Shown here: one piece after another, positions 49,662 to 61,757 of the stretch
Numbering within the stretch: the first letter of the stretch is position 1
Layout: the number at the start of each line of letters is the position of its first letter
Assembly: GCA_950097015.1 (NCBI GenBank)
Contig: CATNEN010000039.1
Span: forward strand, 1,736,001 to 1,800,000
Reading direction: 5' to 3'
Length of the DNA: 64,000 nt
Source: Macrostomum hystrix
Taxonomy: Eukaryota > Animalia > Platyhelminthes
The notes under the pieces: model-generated
Databases searched by the model: none
What the model was told of the DNA's origin: nothing
Seen by the model: only the letters and a program-made list of their open reading frames with translations
Position numbers and translations under genes: made by a program

Positions 49662-52600
49662 TTCAATTCTGAAACAGATTTACATTGAACCGATAACTAT
49701 GAAAAAATGCATATTTCACTTTTAGTTTACGGGCATGGAGATTATTGTTCAGTGTTGTTTTCTGTGCAGATTTGCATCGCTTAAACTGTGGCTCTTGTGA
49801 TTTTATTTGGATAACTTTAATTTATATAGAAAAATAAACATACATTTGAGACTTAAACTGCCTAATCTATTTGGTAAATGATCGGAGGAGATAGATTCAG
49901 AAAATATTTCATCATATACCTACAGGGACTACAGTAAATTCACACTACACTTTAAGCATAGCTTCATTAACTGTTTTCGTTTCGAATTTAATTTATTGAG
50001 ATTTGAAATTTCTTATCTCATTAACTCTAGATAAATAAATATATTATTTTAATTATTCTCAAAATTTTGCTTAGTTTAATTGAAGCGCGAACGTTTAGAA
50101 TTAAATTAGTGATCTATAAAAAATACAGATATATAATTTTAAATATAAATTACTTATATACGTGGTTTATAATATTGAAAGTAGCTGCAACAACAACCAA
50201 TTAAAAATAAATGCAGCCGGAGTCAGTTCGGACAAAACAAAGGTAATGTATTGAGTCATGACAAATATATCGCGGCGCAGTCTACAGCCATTACCACACA
50301 GTTGAACTGATCTTAAGTCAGGTCTTAAGTCAGGGTAAAAGCGCCCAGAAACAAATTATAAGCAGCATATTAAAGTATAAAACACTTCAACTGAACTCTT
50401 TGACTGTAGAAATTCAAAGAGTTCAGTTATAGAAAAGTTCAACTCTAGAAACGTTACACTTCTTCTACACCATAATCCAAAAAAACTGTCTTAGTAATGT
50501 ATTTTAAAAACACATATAGACTCATAAATATAATTAAGTATTTAGAAGTGATAATATTTTTTGTGATACTAAAAAGCAATTTTGTTATTGACAGTGAAAT
50601 AATCTAAATGCTTGGCCAGAAAACTATAAACTGTAAAATTTGTTTTACAGGACACCACACGAAGTTTAAAACCTTTCGCTCTTTTCGGCATCATCATACG
50701 ACAACAATAGCGCCTAACAATTATCCCAATATTCAATAATCACAATAATCACATCACATAATAGTTCGAACGACTAAGCCTTCTATCGTCCCGTGTGCCG
50801 TCGTCTAAATTTATTTATTTGGCTCTAGTCTTTTGCACACTAATACAGTCTACAGAATACTGTTACACAACTTTCAGCACAGCTTAAATTGCATCAACCG
50901 GTTAAAATTCCTAAAAGCTTTAGACCAGAGTTTCATTTTTACTTACCCTGATTAAATAAAGTAAGTAGGATCATAGACTGGAGTCATCCATTTTCTAGGC
51001 CTATTTCAAAGTTAGTATAACTAGTATAATATTTGTTAGTATAACTAAGTCTAAACTTATAAATGTGTCATAGAAACTAGAACCTAGCTAATAAGAAACA
51101 AAATTTGCAGGAGGGCTATGGGCAATGGCACAAAATTTGGTGACACTCGACGTGCAGCCAGCAAAGAGGCAATTCTGCCCATTTTGCTGACTGTTTTAGT
51201 GTTAATTTACTTTTATTAACTTTATCTTCACAATGCTAACTTTGTCCTAGGCCTTCTGTTCTCAATTAATTGACACTAAGGATATGATGTCACCAAAGTT
51301 GTTACAGTGTTATTTTAAAATAATGTCTAAGTAATTACAAAAATGTTACAGGGCTTTCTTAGAATATGTTTCTGAGAATGTTGTCTAGATATTTTTTTAA
51401 TTTTCTGGATAGTATATTTTTAGTCTAGTCTGATATGTAGCTTTAAAATGACATAGTTATAGCTACTACTCTTTTTGACACCCTTTATATTTATAGATTT
51501 GGTCACCCACATTCAAGAAGTTTTATATAGCAAAATACTTATATAGAAATATTTTTCATGTGATTATTGTCATTAAAACTATTTTAGTTAAAGTAGCTTG
51601 ATACTAAAGTTTTCAATACAAAAGTATATTTTTGAATTCACTAAATGATCTGTCAGAACAAGATTTGATCATTCTAAAATCATATTAAGCTAACTTAAAT
51701 CATACTGACTAGACTAGTTACTTAGTATTCACATCATAACATAAGCTAAAAGATAAATTGCAAATTATTAATTATTCTGTCTTGATTCTAGGTCTATTCT
51801 AAGATATAACTTTTTTAATTTAAAAATATTTATGTTTGCAATTAGAGTTAAGCTAGTAATTTTATTTAGAATTTCTATAGGTAAAAGTTGATATACTTAG
51901 ACCAAAATAAGTATTGTTTTTAGAGATTTCAGATTCTTTTGCATTAGGGTAATGTATCATCAACTAAACAAGAATGTGTATTTTTTTAACTTCAGACCTA
52001 AGCTACAGATTTTCTATTTAAGATATGATAATAAATCAGAAGCCAAGTTATAGAAAACAGTTATATCTTTCTAAAAAGTATCTACTTTTGCTATTTTGTC
52101 AAATAGAAAAAAAGTTATTTGTGTTTTTTTTTAATCTAAAACCGAACAATGATTTTCATGTATCTTTAAACCAAACAGAGAATTTGATGTTCGGTTTTAC
52201 GATTTGAGTGAGTGGTTTAATCTTATTTTAAGGAGTGAACTATCATGAATTATGTCATTTGAAAGCATTTTTCATGCTCTATAAATAACTACATTTATGG
52301 TCATTTAATTGGAAAGCAACCATATACAATCTTAGTCTAATGTACATACTGAAAAAATGTTGTTAAAAATTACGCTTTTAAGATAAAAATTTTACTGAAA
52401 CATCAATATCTTTCTTTCCTCTTAAAGCTTCATTGCATGTCATGCCTTAGCTTGTAGATAATTTCTTCGACTTTCAAATTAGTTGTTCTGTGAAACACAA
52501 TAGCTTGTTTCTGTCTCACACAAGACCAAAGAAGGAGTCAAAATTCTTGTTTGGTTTTGAAGATACACTTTTTAGTTGATGATACATTACCCTATATAGT

Positions 52601-53650
52601 GTTTGTGATTATGTCATAATGATTATTTCATAATCTTTCTACTTTCTCTTTCTTAGTTTGTTGTTTTTAAGGTATTTATAAATTGGATATTCTATTGTTA
52701 AATTTACAAACTTAGCATTTGCAAATGTTTTATTTTAGCTATGTCCATTATAATATTAGCATAAAGTTTATTGATATATACTGGGAACTGTAAAATTTGG
52801 CTCTAAAGAGTTTAGCTCAAAACTAACAACACCAACTCTGTACCCCACCATACCTTGCCCTACAACACTTCCACCAGGCTGCACTGTGTCATACTTTGCA
52901 CTGTGCCATACTTTGCCCCACTAGGTGCCATGCCAACTGAAATTTAATAAATGGGCTTAAGCCCATATAATTTTTTTTACCAAGGACACTGCTAAATTTG
53001 TCTGTATAACTTGATGAGTCATTTATTTTAGAAAACAAGGAAATATGAAGTCTATTTTACTTAACAAGCATATTGTTTGTTTGCTTCACTAATTCAAAAA
53101 GATTGTCCACATGGTATAGTTTGTTATACTTCATTGTGTTTTTTATGTGTAAACTGTGTTTACCAATATTATACTATATAAAACAAATCTGAGTTCAAAT
53201 GTAATTAGTATTTTTTTGTTAAAACAAGTTGACATAATCTAAATTATATATTCGAATTTGCTTTCAAAATAAAAAACATACTAGTAGACCATTTAACCAT
53301 GACTGCATGAGTACAAGTGAACTATGACCTTAAAGGAGAGAAATTGTGCATGTTAAATAGCATCTCTATCTATATATATGAAACAGCATTTTTATGGCTA
53401 TATTACTCAAAGCTTCTATAAGCCTTAGCAGTGAAAATCATCCAAATACTCAAACTTGGTCACCAATTGTTGCTTGTCATATTGCTGTGGCTTTGTGGGT
53501 TTGTAAACTAATATAGTTTGTGTGGTCATTTAATATCAGGTAAAGTAACCCCCTATCCTTCAAGTTTGAGCTGTTTTAGTATAAAATATTCTAAATGTAG
53601 AACAATCACAGCTTTATAGATAATTTTCGTAGTTTGTAATTTAAAAGTTG

Positions 53651-55136
53651 TCAGATTTTGCAGTGTGACAGTGGCAGCAGTTGTCGAATTGGTATTTGCT
53701 TGTCTTTCTGTGTTCTGTAGCTAGTGTGCAGAAACCAATGCACTGTGTAGGCCTCAGGCGGCACAGGCTTTGTAGTGAAGTTTCGCTTGGCCAATTGTTG
53801 GCAGATGCGGCGCTTGATTGGCGACTGATGACCGGGCGTCCAGCATGAGAGTCGACTGCGTCTTGGCAAATAAGCAGCGTCCCAAATCGGCTGGAACAGA
53901 TCTGGGTGAGCCAAGACCATCGATCTGCTCGTGCTGGCCATTTCGTTGCCGAATTCTGCTAAATACTGTTCGTAGAAGTCGTTGAGCATCATTGGCCCGG
54001 TTGAGAAGACAGCCTGCCAAGAGTTGCGCTTTTTATAGGCCCAGTTGCGCTGAAACCATGCTGGCCAGCGCTGCAATACGTAGGTTAGAAATGCCTGTCC
54101 AGGTTGGCTCATTAGCAAAGCGTTGGACACTAGGCGCGGCTTGTCGTACAGAAATATGGCATGCTCCAGCGGCTCCTGCGACCACATGGCTGAGTAATTG
54201 GCTAGCAGCGGGCTGAAATCGCGACGGAGTTCTACGTCGAGATCGGCGTACACACCGCCAACGTGATGGAGTATAACTAGCCGTCCAATATCTGAGCGCT
54301 CTAGTCCGTTTGTTAGCTGGCGATAGATGCGATACACCGTGGGATAGTATGTGCCTGCAAGATTGATAAGTGACTCGCTATGAAATTGTAAGCTGCCGTA
54401 TTTGTTGAGGTAACTTTTTGCATTGAACAGGCCCTATCGGGTATAGTTAAATAGTTAATCTAGCATTAAAAATGCAGTTAAATGGATCAAATTTAACGGT
54501 TAATATTAAACGGATATTGTTAGCTTAAAATGATTAAGTTTGATATATTTGCGTCAGATATGTAGTTTGAAGATCTGCTTATTTGTTAAGTCTAGTAGGA
54601 AAGCGTGTTGATAATCATGATGTGATTATCATGTTTACTACTCGTAAGTAAGGAAGGTCGCACCAGTGCTTGCCTATTAACTTTTTTAATTGCTTGTCAC
54701 TCCAATGCATAAATCGAAATGGTTCAGCAGCGGCAGAGGCATTTAACAATCGTTTCCATGACTTCAAATGTGGCTCGTGTCTCTCCATAGCCAGACCGTG
54801 CTTGCTAGTAAAGTGCACAATTGGTGGTATTGATTTAGAATAGAGCCGACCGATTTGCCAGCATTGAATGCTGCCGTCAGCTAGAGCCCGGCGCAATGCG
54901 CTCTCATTCTGTGGCAGATAATAGTTCCAACCAGAGGCATTGGCCAACGTCGCTTCGTGCAAATTGATGTCAAAGACGCTAGCCACCTCTGGCACGTCGA
55001 CTCTGTTTTGCTTGAACCAGGCGTCAGTGTTTATCTTCGAGATATTTAGTAGCAGCGTTAGCGCTGCTCCGGAGAAGCACGCAGCATATGTTAATCTTCG
55101 CAGTCGGCATAGGCCGACACCGCTGACGTTTCTCAT
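53651..55136 (-). CDS. Glycosyltransferase family 32 (DxD sugar-binding) type II membrane protein, ~388 aa; exons 55136-54674 and 54354-53651
   Basis: N-terminal TM anchor; IPPIVHFT…SWK…HWSD; ERSDIGRLVILHHVGGVYADLD; NALLMSQPG; TGPMML; YTVHWF. Frame is kept only with an AG|GCAAG donor. Confidence 0.88.
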
Positions 55137-56167
55137 AACTGTTCGGCTCTCGGCCCCGAGCTACGATTAGCAGAATAGAGACTTGTCAGCTGTCTTTTAA
55201 TCCCACATGGCGTTTAAATTAGTTACCTATAAAGCGTTGCCTTCGATTCAATGGCTTATGATTTCTTAGACTGTCTTATTTATCGGGTCTGGCCGCATGC
55301 CGGAGCTGTACGCAAGGACCCGATTGATTACAGCCTAATATCCTTATTATTATGTGCACATTGAATTATGTGCACTAGAAACACCTGCCTCCCTTAACGG
55401 CTTTTGTGCTTAGCCAAAATTGAGAAAGAAAAGCTAGAAGCGAAATTCATTCACAGTTGGCCAAGCTTCTAAAGCTTATCAGCGAATGAACAAGTGCAAG
55501 TCTATGGCGCCCCCTCTTTTCTCACAATAATGTCCCGCCTTAACTGCCGTTTCCATTTTCCTTTTCAATAGCGAGCTTCTTCTCACCCCTCACATTTTCA
55601 TACGATTTTGAACTGGGACCGTCTCCCATAACTGGAAAGTCAATATCCTTAAGTCATTCATTCAGCTTTTAAGATCAATGAGACACAGGTGCAATTTGAG
55701 CACGAGCGATTTTTTTACCGCGTCTCGCTTTCAGACGATAGCTTAGCTAGGCGATTATGCCGATATTTCGCTAAACGATATGGGTGGCAAGATTTCGCCC
55801 CTCTGACTCTTTCTTGGATATACTCCTCTGATCTAAGTAATCGTTTGCTATGCTAACTACAAGGTTTTTTTAGTAAATTCCCCATGGCCATAAGTTTTAG
55901 TCGTCTGTTGACGGCTTCGGACTCCCAACCTAGGGGTTCAGATCTCAGCACAGAAAAAATCGTGTCTTCGAGCACTTACTTCCTTATAATTAAGTGAATA
56001 TATCAAGTGACAGCAAGTGACAGCAAAGTAACACTTTTAGTCTGACCAAACAGGATTGCATATTAGGCCATGTATAAGTTCTATCTGCAGTTAAATGACA
56101 CAAATGGCAATTAAATCAACAGAAGCGGCTTTTGACTTTCCCCACAGCTTCAAACCTAACAGCTCAA

Positions 56168-56960
56168 ATGACACCCGCTAGGCAGCAGCAGCGACCTTCT
56201 GTTGGTGCGGTTGCTGGTCATAGGCGAAAATCTGCCGCAGTTTCGGGTTCCGAGTTAATTGCTGCTCAGCCGCCGCCGCCTTCAATTGAATTGCACCGAA
56301 TGCACCTGGAATTCTGCTACAGCTGCGGAGCAATGCTGCCGGCCTACTGGGAATCCCACGTGGCCTGCTCGGCCTGCAAGCGACTCACCTTTCTGGCTTG
56401 GTTTGCCAACTGTCCGCCCGCTCAGTTCCAGCTGCTATTTGAGTCCACTGCCGCTGCTGCTGCCGCGGCCGTTGCAGAGCAGGATGAGCAGAGCCAACTC
56501 ATCGATGACAGCTCGCTGGAAGGCTGCGAGCACGAACGGATACCAGTCGATCCGAAGTGAGTTCTAAGAATCTTGAACTTTTGTCCGAACCGCGTTAGTG
56601 CTAATGGCCTACTCATAATTTGCAGTCCTAACGATATTGAGAATATGTCTCAAACCTCACAGGTTCGCCAAGCTCGTTGCCAGCGTTCGTCGTGAGCTCA
56701 TCGGCGGCGAGATGGAAGCAGACGAAGAAGTTGAGGGCTCCGCCAAGCGTTCGGAGAAGCACAAACACCGGCAGCAACAGCAGCAGCAGCAGCAAGCAGA
56801 AGAAGCTGCCAGCAGTTTGCCAACGGTGAGGCGCGAGTGCCAGCACTGCGGCTGCTCTCGCATGTACTATCGCACTATGCAGACCAGATCGGCAGACGAG
56901 GGCCAGACTGTGGTGTACACCTGCACTAACTGCAGCCGCACAGAGGTGGAGTTCTCCTGA
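56168..56960 (+). CDS. POLR1H: RNA polymerase I subunit RPA12, up to 228 aa; exons 56168-56556 and 56663-56960 (alternative ATG at 56300)
   Basis: N-terminal ribbon FCYSCGAML…CSAC; C-terminal TFIIS-like ribbon CQHCG…QTRSADEGQTVVYTCTNC (DEGQT is RPA12-type); phase-2 GT-AG intron. Confidence 0.92.
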
Positions 56961-57171
56961 GCTGTCTCCTGGCCATTGCGTGTTCTGAATTAAAATTTTA
57001 TCCTTGCATTTCTCAGTTTTGTTTATGTATTGCTAGCTTATATTAAAAAATGTCATCCAACAGTGGCTCAAGACACTAGAGTTTTTGCGCTTTTGGGACT
57101 TTCTTTTTCTCTTTATCAGGTGCTGCAGTGAGTTTCTCCCTCCGATCCTCCGATCCCTCCGATACCTGAGG

Positions 57172-57760
57172 GGATCCACCCCTCAGGTACTTCAGTTAGT
57201 TGGGCTCCACCCCTCAGGTACGGCAGTTAGTTGTGCTCCACCCCTCAGGTACTGCAGTGAGTTGGGCTCCACCCCTCAGGTACTTCAGTGAGTTGGGCTC
57301 CACCCCTCAGGTACTGCAGTGAGTTGGGCTCCACCCCTCAGGTACTTCAGTGAGTTGGGCTCCACCCCTCAGGTACTGCAGTGAGTTGGGCTCCACCCCT
57401 CAGGTACTGCAGTGAGTTGGGCTCCACCCCTCAGGTACTTCAGTGAGTTGGGCTCCACCCCTCAGGTACTTCAATTGTTGGGCTCCACCCCTCAGGTACT
57501 TGAGTTAGTTGGGCTCCACCCCTCAGGTACTTCAGTTAGTTGGGCTCCACCCCTCAGGTACTGCAGTGAGTTGGGCTCCACCCCTCAGGTACTTCAGTGA
57601 GTTGGGCTCCACCCCTCAGGTACTTCAGTTAGTTGGGATCCACCCCTCAGGTACTTCAGTGAGTTGGGCTCCACCCCTCAGGTACTTCAGTGAGTTGGGC
57701 TCCACCCCTCAGGTACTTCAGTGAGTTGGGCTCCACCCCTCAGGTACTCCACCCCTTAGG
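57172..57760. repeat. 31-bp minisatellite (CTCCACCCCTCAGGTACTTCAGTGAGTTGGG)
   Basis: About 19 units. Confidence 0.96.
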
Positions 57761-58127
57761 AATAGTTGTGTCCTAGTTTCGAGAGAGAAATGGCTATAGG
57801 AGCACAACTTAGAAGCTGGTCGCTGATTGGCCAAACTAAGCGGCAGGTTTTGCTTTGTTCTCTGTTTGCGCTCGACTCGCGTTGCCTAAATTTTCTGTTG
57901 CCAGTTAAAAATAAGTGCAACCGATTTTCTTAGCAGTTCAAGCGCCCACTCGCACCTGATGGAGGCCACTTGAAACTGGCAGCGTTGCGCGAATTACGCC
58001 TCACACGCTACTTAAATCTTTTTTATTTTGAGTGCGTTGACTAAATTAACAGCATTGTGTCCTGGAACCTGGAAGACTAGGGAAGAGGAAAGAAAAGGAA
58101 AGAAATCAAGGGACACATGGGAATCAT

Positions 58128-58600
58128 GCGGAAGACGGCAAGGGGAAGAGTGAAGAAAATATGGAAAAGGCAAGGGGAAGAGTGGGAAAAATGCGGAAGA
58201 AGGCAAGGGGAAGAGTGGGAAAAATGCGGAAGAAGGCAAGGGGAAGAGTGGGGAAAATGCGGAAGAAGGCAAGGGGAAGAGTGGGGGAAAGTACGGGAGA
58301 AGGCAAGGGGGAGAGTGGGGATAATATGGAAAAGGCAAGGGGAAGCGTCGGGAAAATACGGGAGAAGACAAGGGGAGAGAGTAGCGAAAATAGAAGAAGT
58401 TATGGGGATAAAGTGAGTACAATTAGGGATATAGTGGAGAAAATAAGAAAGAAGGCAAGGGGAGAGGGTGCGAATAATAGGGCAGAAGGCAAGGGGAGAG
58501 GGTGCGAATAATAGGGCAGAAGGCAAGGGGAGAGGGTGCGAATAATAGGGCAGAAGGCAAGGGGAGAGGGTGCGAATAATAGGGCAGAAGGCAAGGGAGA
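58128..58600. repeat. Purine-rich ~30-33-bp tandem repeats (AGAAGGCAAGGGGA core)
   Basis: Two related sub-arrays upstream of the C15orf61 homolog. Confidence 0.88.
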
Positions 58601-58725
58601 CATTTGAAATAATAGAGAACAACACAAGCGGGAAAATTGGGAATAATTGGAAGTGAAATAGAATCAGGAAAATAAATGAAAATGAAATGGAAAATAAACC
58701 GTAAGGGTTGTTGCCGTGTCTTGCC

Positions 58726-59199
58726 ATGTCTCTGATGCCACCGCAGCGATTGCAGCTCCTCCGCGGCGAGGCACAGCGGCTAATAAGATCTCTAGGCAGC
58801 TGGTCAGATCCCCACAGGCCTCTCTCATCGGCCGTGCTCACCGCCTACCTTCGGCAGCGCCAACTGCCCAGCTGGACTGCATTCTTTGTGAGGCGCAGCC
58901 AGGTCATCAACGACCAGTGGGGCCTCAGCCTATTTAACTGGCCAGTTGACGGCTCAAATTACCATGTACTGCGCACCGGCTGCTATCCCTATGTGAAATA
59001 CCACTGCACCAAGGCCCCGCCCGACCCCAGCCTAGACAGCCAGGACCGATTCTACACCTACTTGAAGGCCGCGAACTTCGGCTTGCCAACTCTTGCCTAC
59101 GGATTGGCTGCCAGCTTTCTTGCGCGACACACGGACACTCTCCGATTGGCTGGCGGCCGACGCGTCACTTTGTACTTTTGGATGCCCGAGACCTGGTAG
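58726..59199 (+). CDS. C15orf61: C15orf61 (DUF4528) homolog, 157 aa, intronless
   Basis: VLTAYLRQRQLPSWTAFFV…NDQWGLSLFNWPVDGSNYHVLRTGCYPYVKYHCTK…NFGLPTLAYGL closely matches the recognised family motif. Confidence 0.9.
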   Translation: MSLMPPQRLQLLRGEAQRLIRSLGSWSDPHRPLSSAVLTAYLRQRQLPSWTAFFVRRSQVINDQWGLSLFNWPVDGSNYHVLRTGCYPYVKYHCTKAPPDPSLDSQDRFYTYLKAANFGLPTLAYGLAASFLARHTDTLRLAGGRRVTLYFWMPETW

Positions 59200-59335
59200 C
59201 TGGCCCTGAACATTTCGCAGCCTATCTGTTCCATTATTTTGCTTTTGGTAAGCCCAACCCACTTGCAGTCTGATCTCTCACATTTACTAAATAGTCTCAT
59301 CTATCACTCACTATCTTGCCTGAAATTCAGTTGAC

Positions 59336-60345
59336 ATTCACCTGCTACTCTCCTGGCATTCACCTGCTACTCTCCTAGCATTCACCTGCTACTCTCCTAG
59401 CATTCACCTGCTACTCTCCTGGCATTCACCTGCTACTCTCCTAGCATTCACCTGCTACTCTCCAGGCATTCACCTGCTACTCTCCTAGCATTCACCTGCT
59501 ACTCTCCTGGCATTCACCTGCTACTCTCCTGGCATTCACCTGCTACTCTCCTGGCATTCACCTGCTACTCTCCTGGCATTCACCTGCTACTCTCCTGGCA
59601 TTCACCTGCTACTCTCCTAGCATTCACCTGCTACTCTCCTAGCATTCACCTGCTACTCTCCTGGCATTCACCTGCTACTCTCCTAGCATTCACCTGCTAC
59701 TCTCCTAGCATTCACCTGCTACTCTCCTGGCATTCACCTGCTACTCTCCAGGCATTCACCTGCTACTCTCCTGGCATTCACCTGCTACTCTCCTGGCATT
59801 CACCTGCTACTCTCCTGGCATTCACCTGCTACTCTCCTGGCATTCACCTGCTACTCTCCTGGCATTCACCTGCTACTCTCCTGGCATTCACCTGCTACTC
59901 TCCTGGCATTCACCTGCTACTCTCCTGGCATTCACCTGCTACTCTTCTGGCATTCACCTGCTACTCTCCTGGCATTCACCTGCTACTCTCCTGGCATTCA
60001 CCTGCTACTCTCCAGGCATTCACCTGCTACTCTCCTGGCATTCACCTGCTACTCTCCTGGCATTCACCTGCTACTCTCCTGGCATTCACCTGCTACTCTC
60101 CAGGCATTCACCTGCTACTCTCCTGGCATTCACCTGCTACTCTCCAGGCATTCACCTGCTACTCTCCTGGCATTCACCTGCTACTCTCCTGGCATTCACC
60201 TGCTACTCTCCAGGCATTCACCTGCTATTCACTGTGAATTCACTGGTATTCGCCTGCTATTCACTGTGAATTCACTGGTATTCGCCTGCTATTCACTGTG
60301 AATTCACTGGCATTCGCCTGCTATTCACCTGCTACTCACCTGATA
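59336..60345. repeat. 22-bp minisatellite (CATTCACCTGCTACTCTCCTGG)
   Basis: About 40 units, then a 29-bp variant, ending at a splice acceptor. Confidence 0.97.
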
Positions 60346-60369
60346 TTCGCAGACACCAAGTGCTTCAGC

Positions 60370-60666
60370 ATGTCCAACATTGGCGCGTTTAACTACTGGC
60401 CCACTTTCTGGGGCTACCTGCTCATCTTCCTGTGCCTGTGGGGCCTGGCCACCCTCATCCGGCTTATACTCGGCCTAATCTGCAGCGTCCTGCTCTGGCT
60501 GCAGTCTAGGTGTACCAAACTCTACTCTAAGAGGCCCAATAGCACCACTAACGACTCATTTGCCACGGAGACACCTAGCAACTATACCAATGGTGTGTCC
60601 AGTCCTCGAACCTCTTCCAATTTGACGGCCTCCTTGTCCGAAAGTGAGGTAGAAGAAACTGATTGA
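60370..60666 (+). CDS. Uncharacterised 98-aa membrane protein
   Basis: ATG 18 nt after a TTCGCAG acceptor; C/G-ending codons in the 5' half; ~35-aa hydrophobic segment then S/T-rich and acidic tail; AATAAA at ~60729. Confidence 0.65.
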   Translation: MSNIGAFNYWPTFWGYLLIFLCLWGLATLIRLILGLICSVLLWLQSRCTKLYSKRPNSTTNDSFATETPSNYTNGVSSPRTSSNLTASLSESEVEETD

Positions 60667-61063
60667 TCAGCTTCATTGTTCGAGTCGCCTCCTCTAGTTC
60701 ATTTGTACTTTTTGCTTTTAAAGACAACAATAAATAGATCACTTCTGACACTGAGATGTGTGGCTTGCATTTTTTAATTGATTTGTACTTTTAAGTGTAC
60801 AGCATAGAATACATAAAGAGTTAGGTTATTCAGTTTTTTTCTCTTTTTCGTTTTTGTACTAGCGTCTAGTGATGTCTCAATGCTTCTGGTTGTAGCCCAT
60901 GAGTTGCGTCCGACAGATAAATGCGCTTCTGTGAATTTATCCCATTCAAAACTGTTTGTTTCGACTTTCATTCAATTATTCTTTTCTGGTTACTGTGCCA
61001 AAGTAGAGTTTCATACAATCACTCCAAACAAATTGACTCTAGAGTGTACACATTTGTAGCTTG

Positions 61064-61713
61064 CTCTACCTGCTCTATCCTACCTGCACTATCCTACTTG
61101 CACTATCCTACCTGCTCTATCCTACCTGCTCTATCCTACTTGCACTATCCTACCTGCTCTATCCTACCTGCTCTATCCTACCTGCTCTATCCTACCTGCT
61201 CTATCCTACCTGCTCTATCCTACCTGCTCTATCCTACCTGCTCTATCCTACCTGCACTATCCTACCTGCTCTATCCTACCTGCTCTATCCTACCTGCTCT
61301 ATCCTACCTGCTCTATCCTACCTGCTCTATCCTACCTGCTCTATCCTACCTGCTCTATCCTACCTGCACTATCCTACCTGCTCTATCCTACCTGCTCTAT
61401 CCTACCTGCACTATCCTACCTGCTCTATCCTACCTGCACTATCCTACCTGCTCTATCCTACCTGCACTATCCTACCTGCTCTATCCTACCTGCACTATCC
61501 TACCTGCACTATCCTACCTGCTCTATCCTACCTGCACTATCCTACCTTCTCTATCCTACCTGCTCTATCCTACCTGCACTATCCTACCTGCTCTATCCTA
61601 CCTGCACTATCCTACCTGCACTATCCTACCTGCTCTTCTCTACCTACTCTATCCTACCTACCCTTCCCTACCTGCCCTTCCCTACCTGCCTTTCCCTACC
61701 TGCCCTTACCTAC
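61064..61713. repeat. 14-bp minisatellite (TCCTACCTGCTCTA)
   Basis: About 45 units degenerating into the branch point and acceptor upstream of eIF3a. Confidence 0.97.
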
Positions 61714-61757
61714 CGGGTCTAACTTTCGCAGCTCCGCACCCGCAGCGCTGAGCCGAC

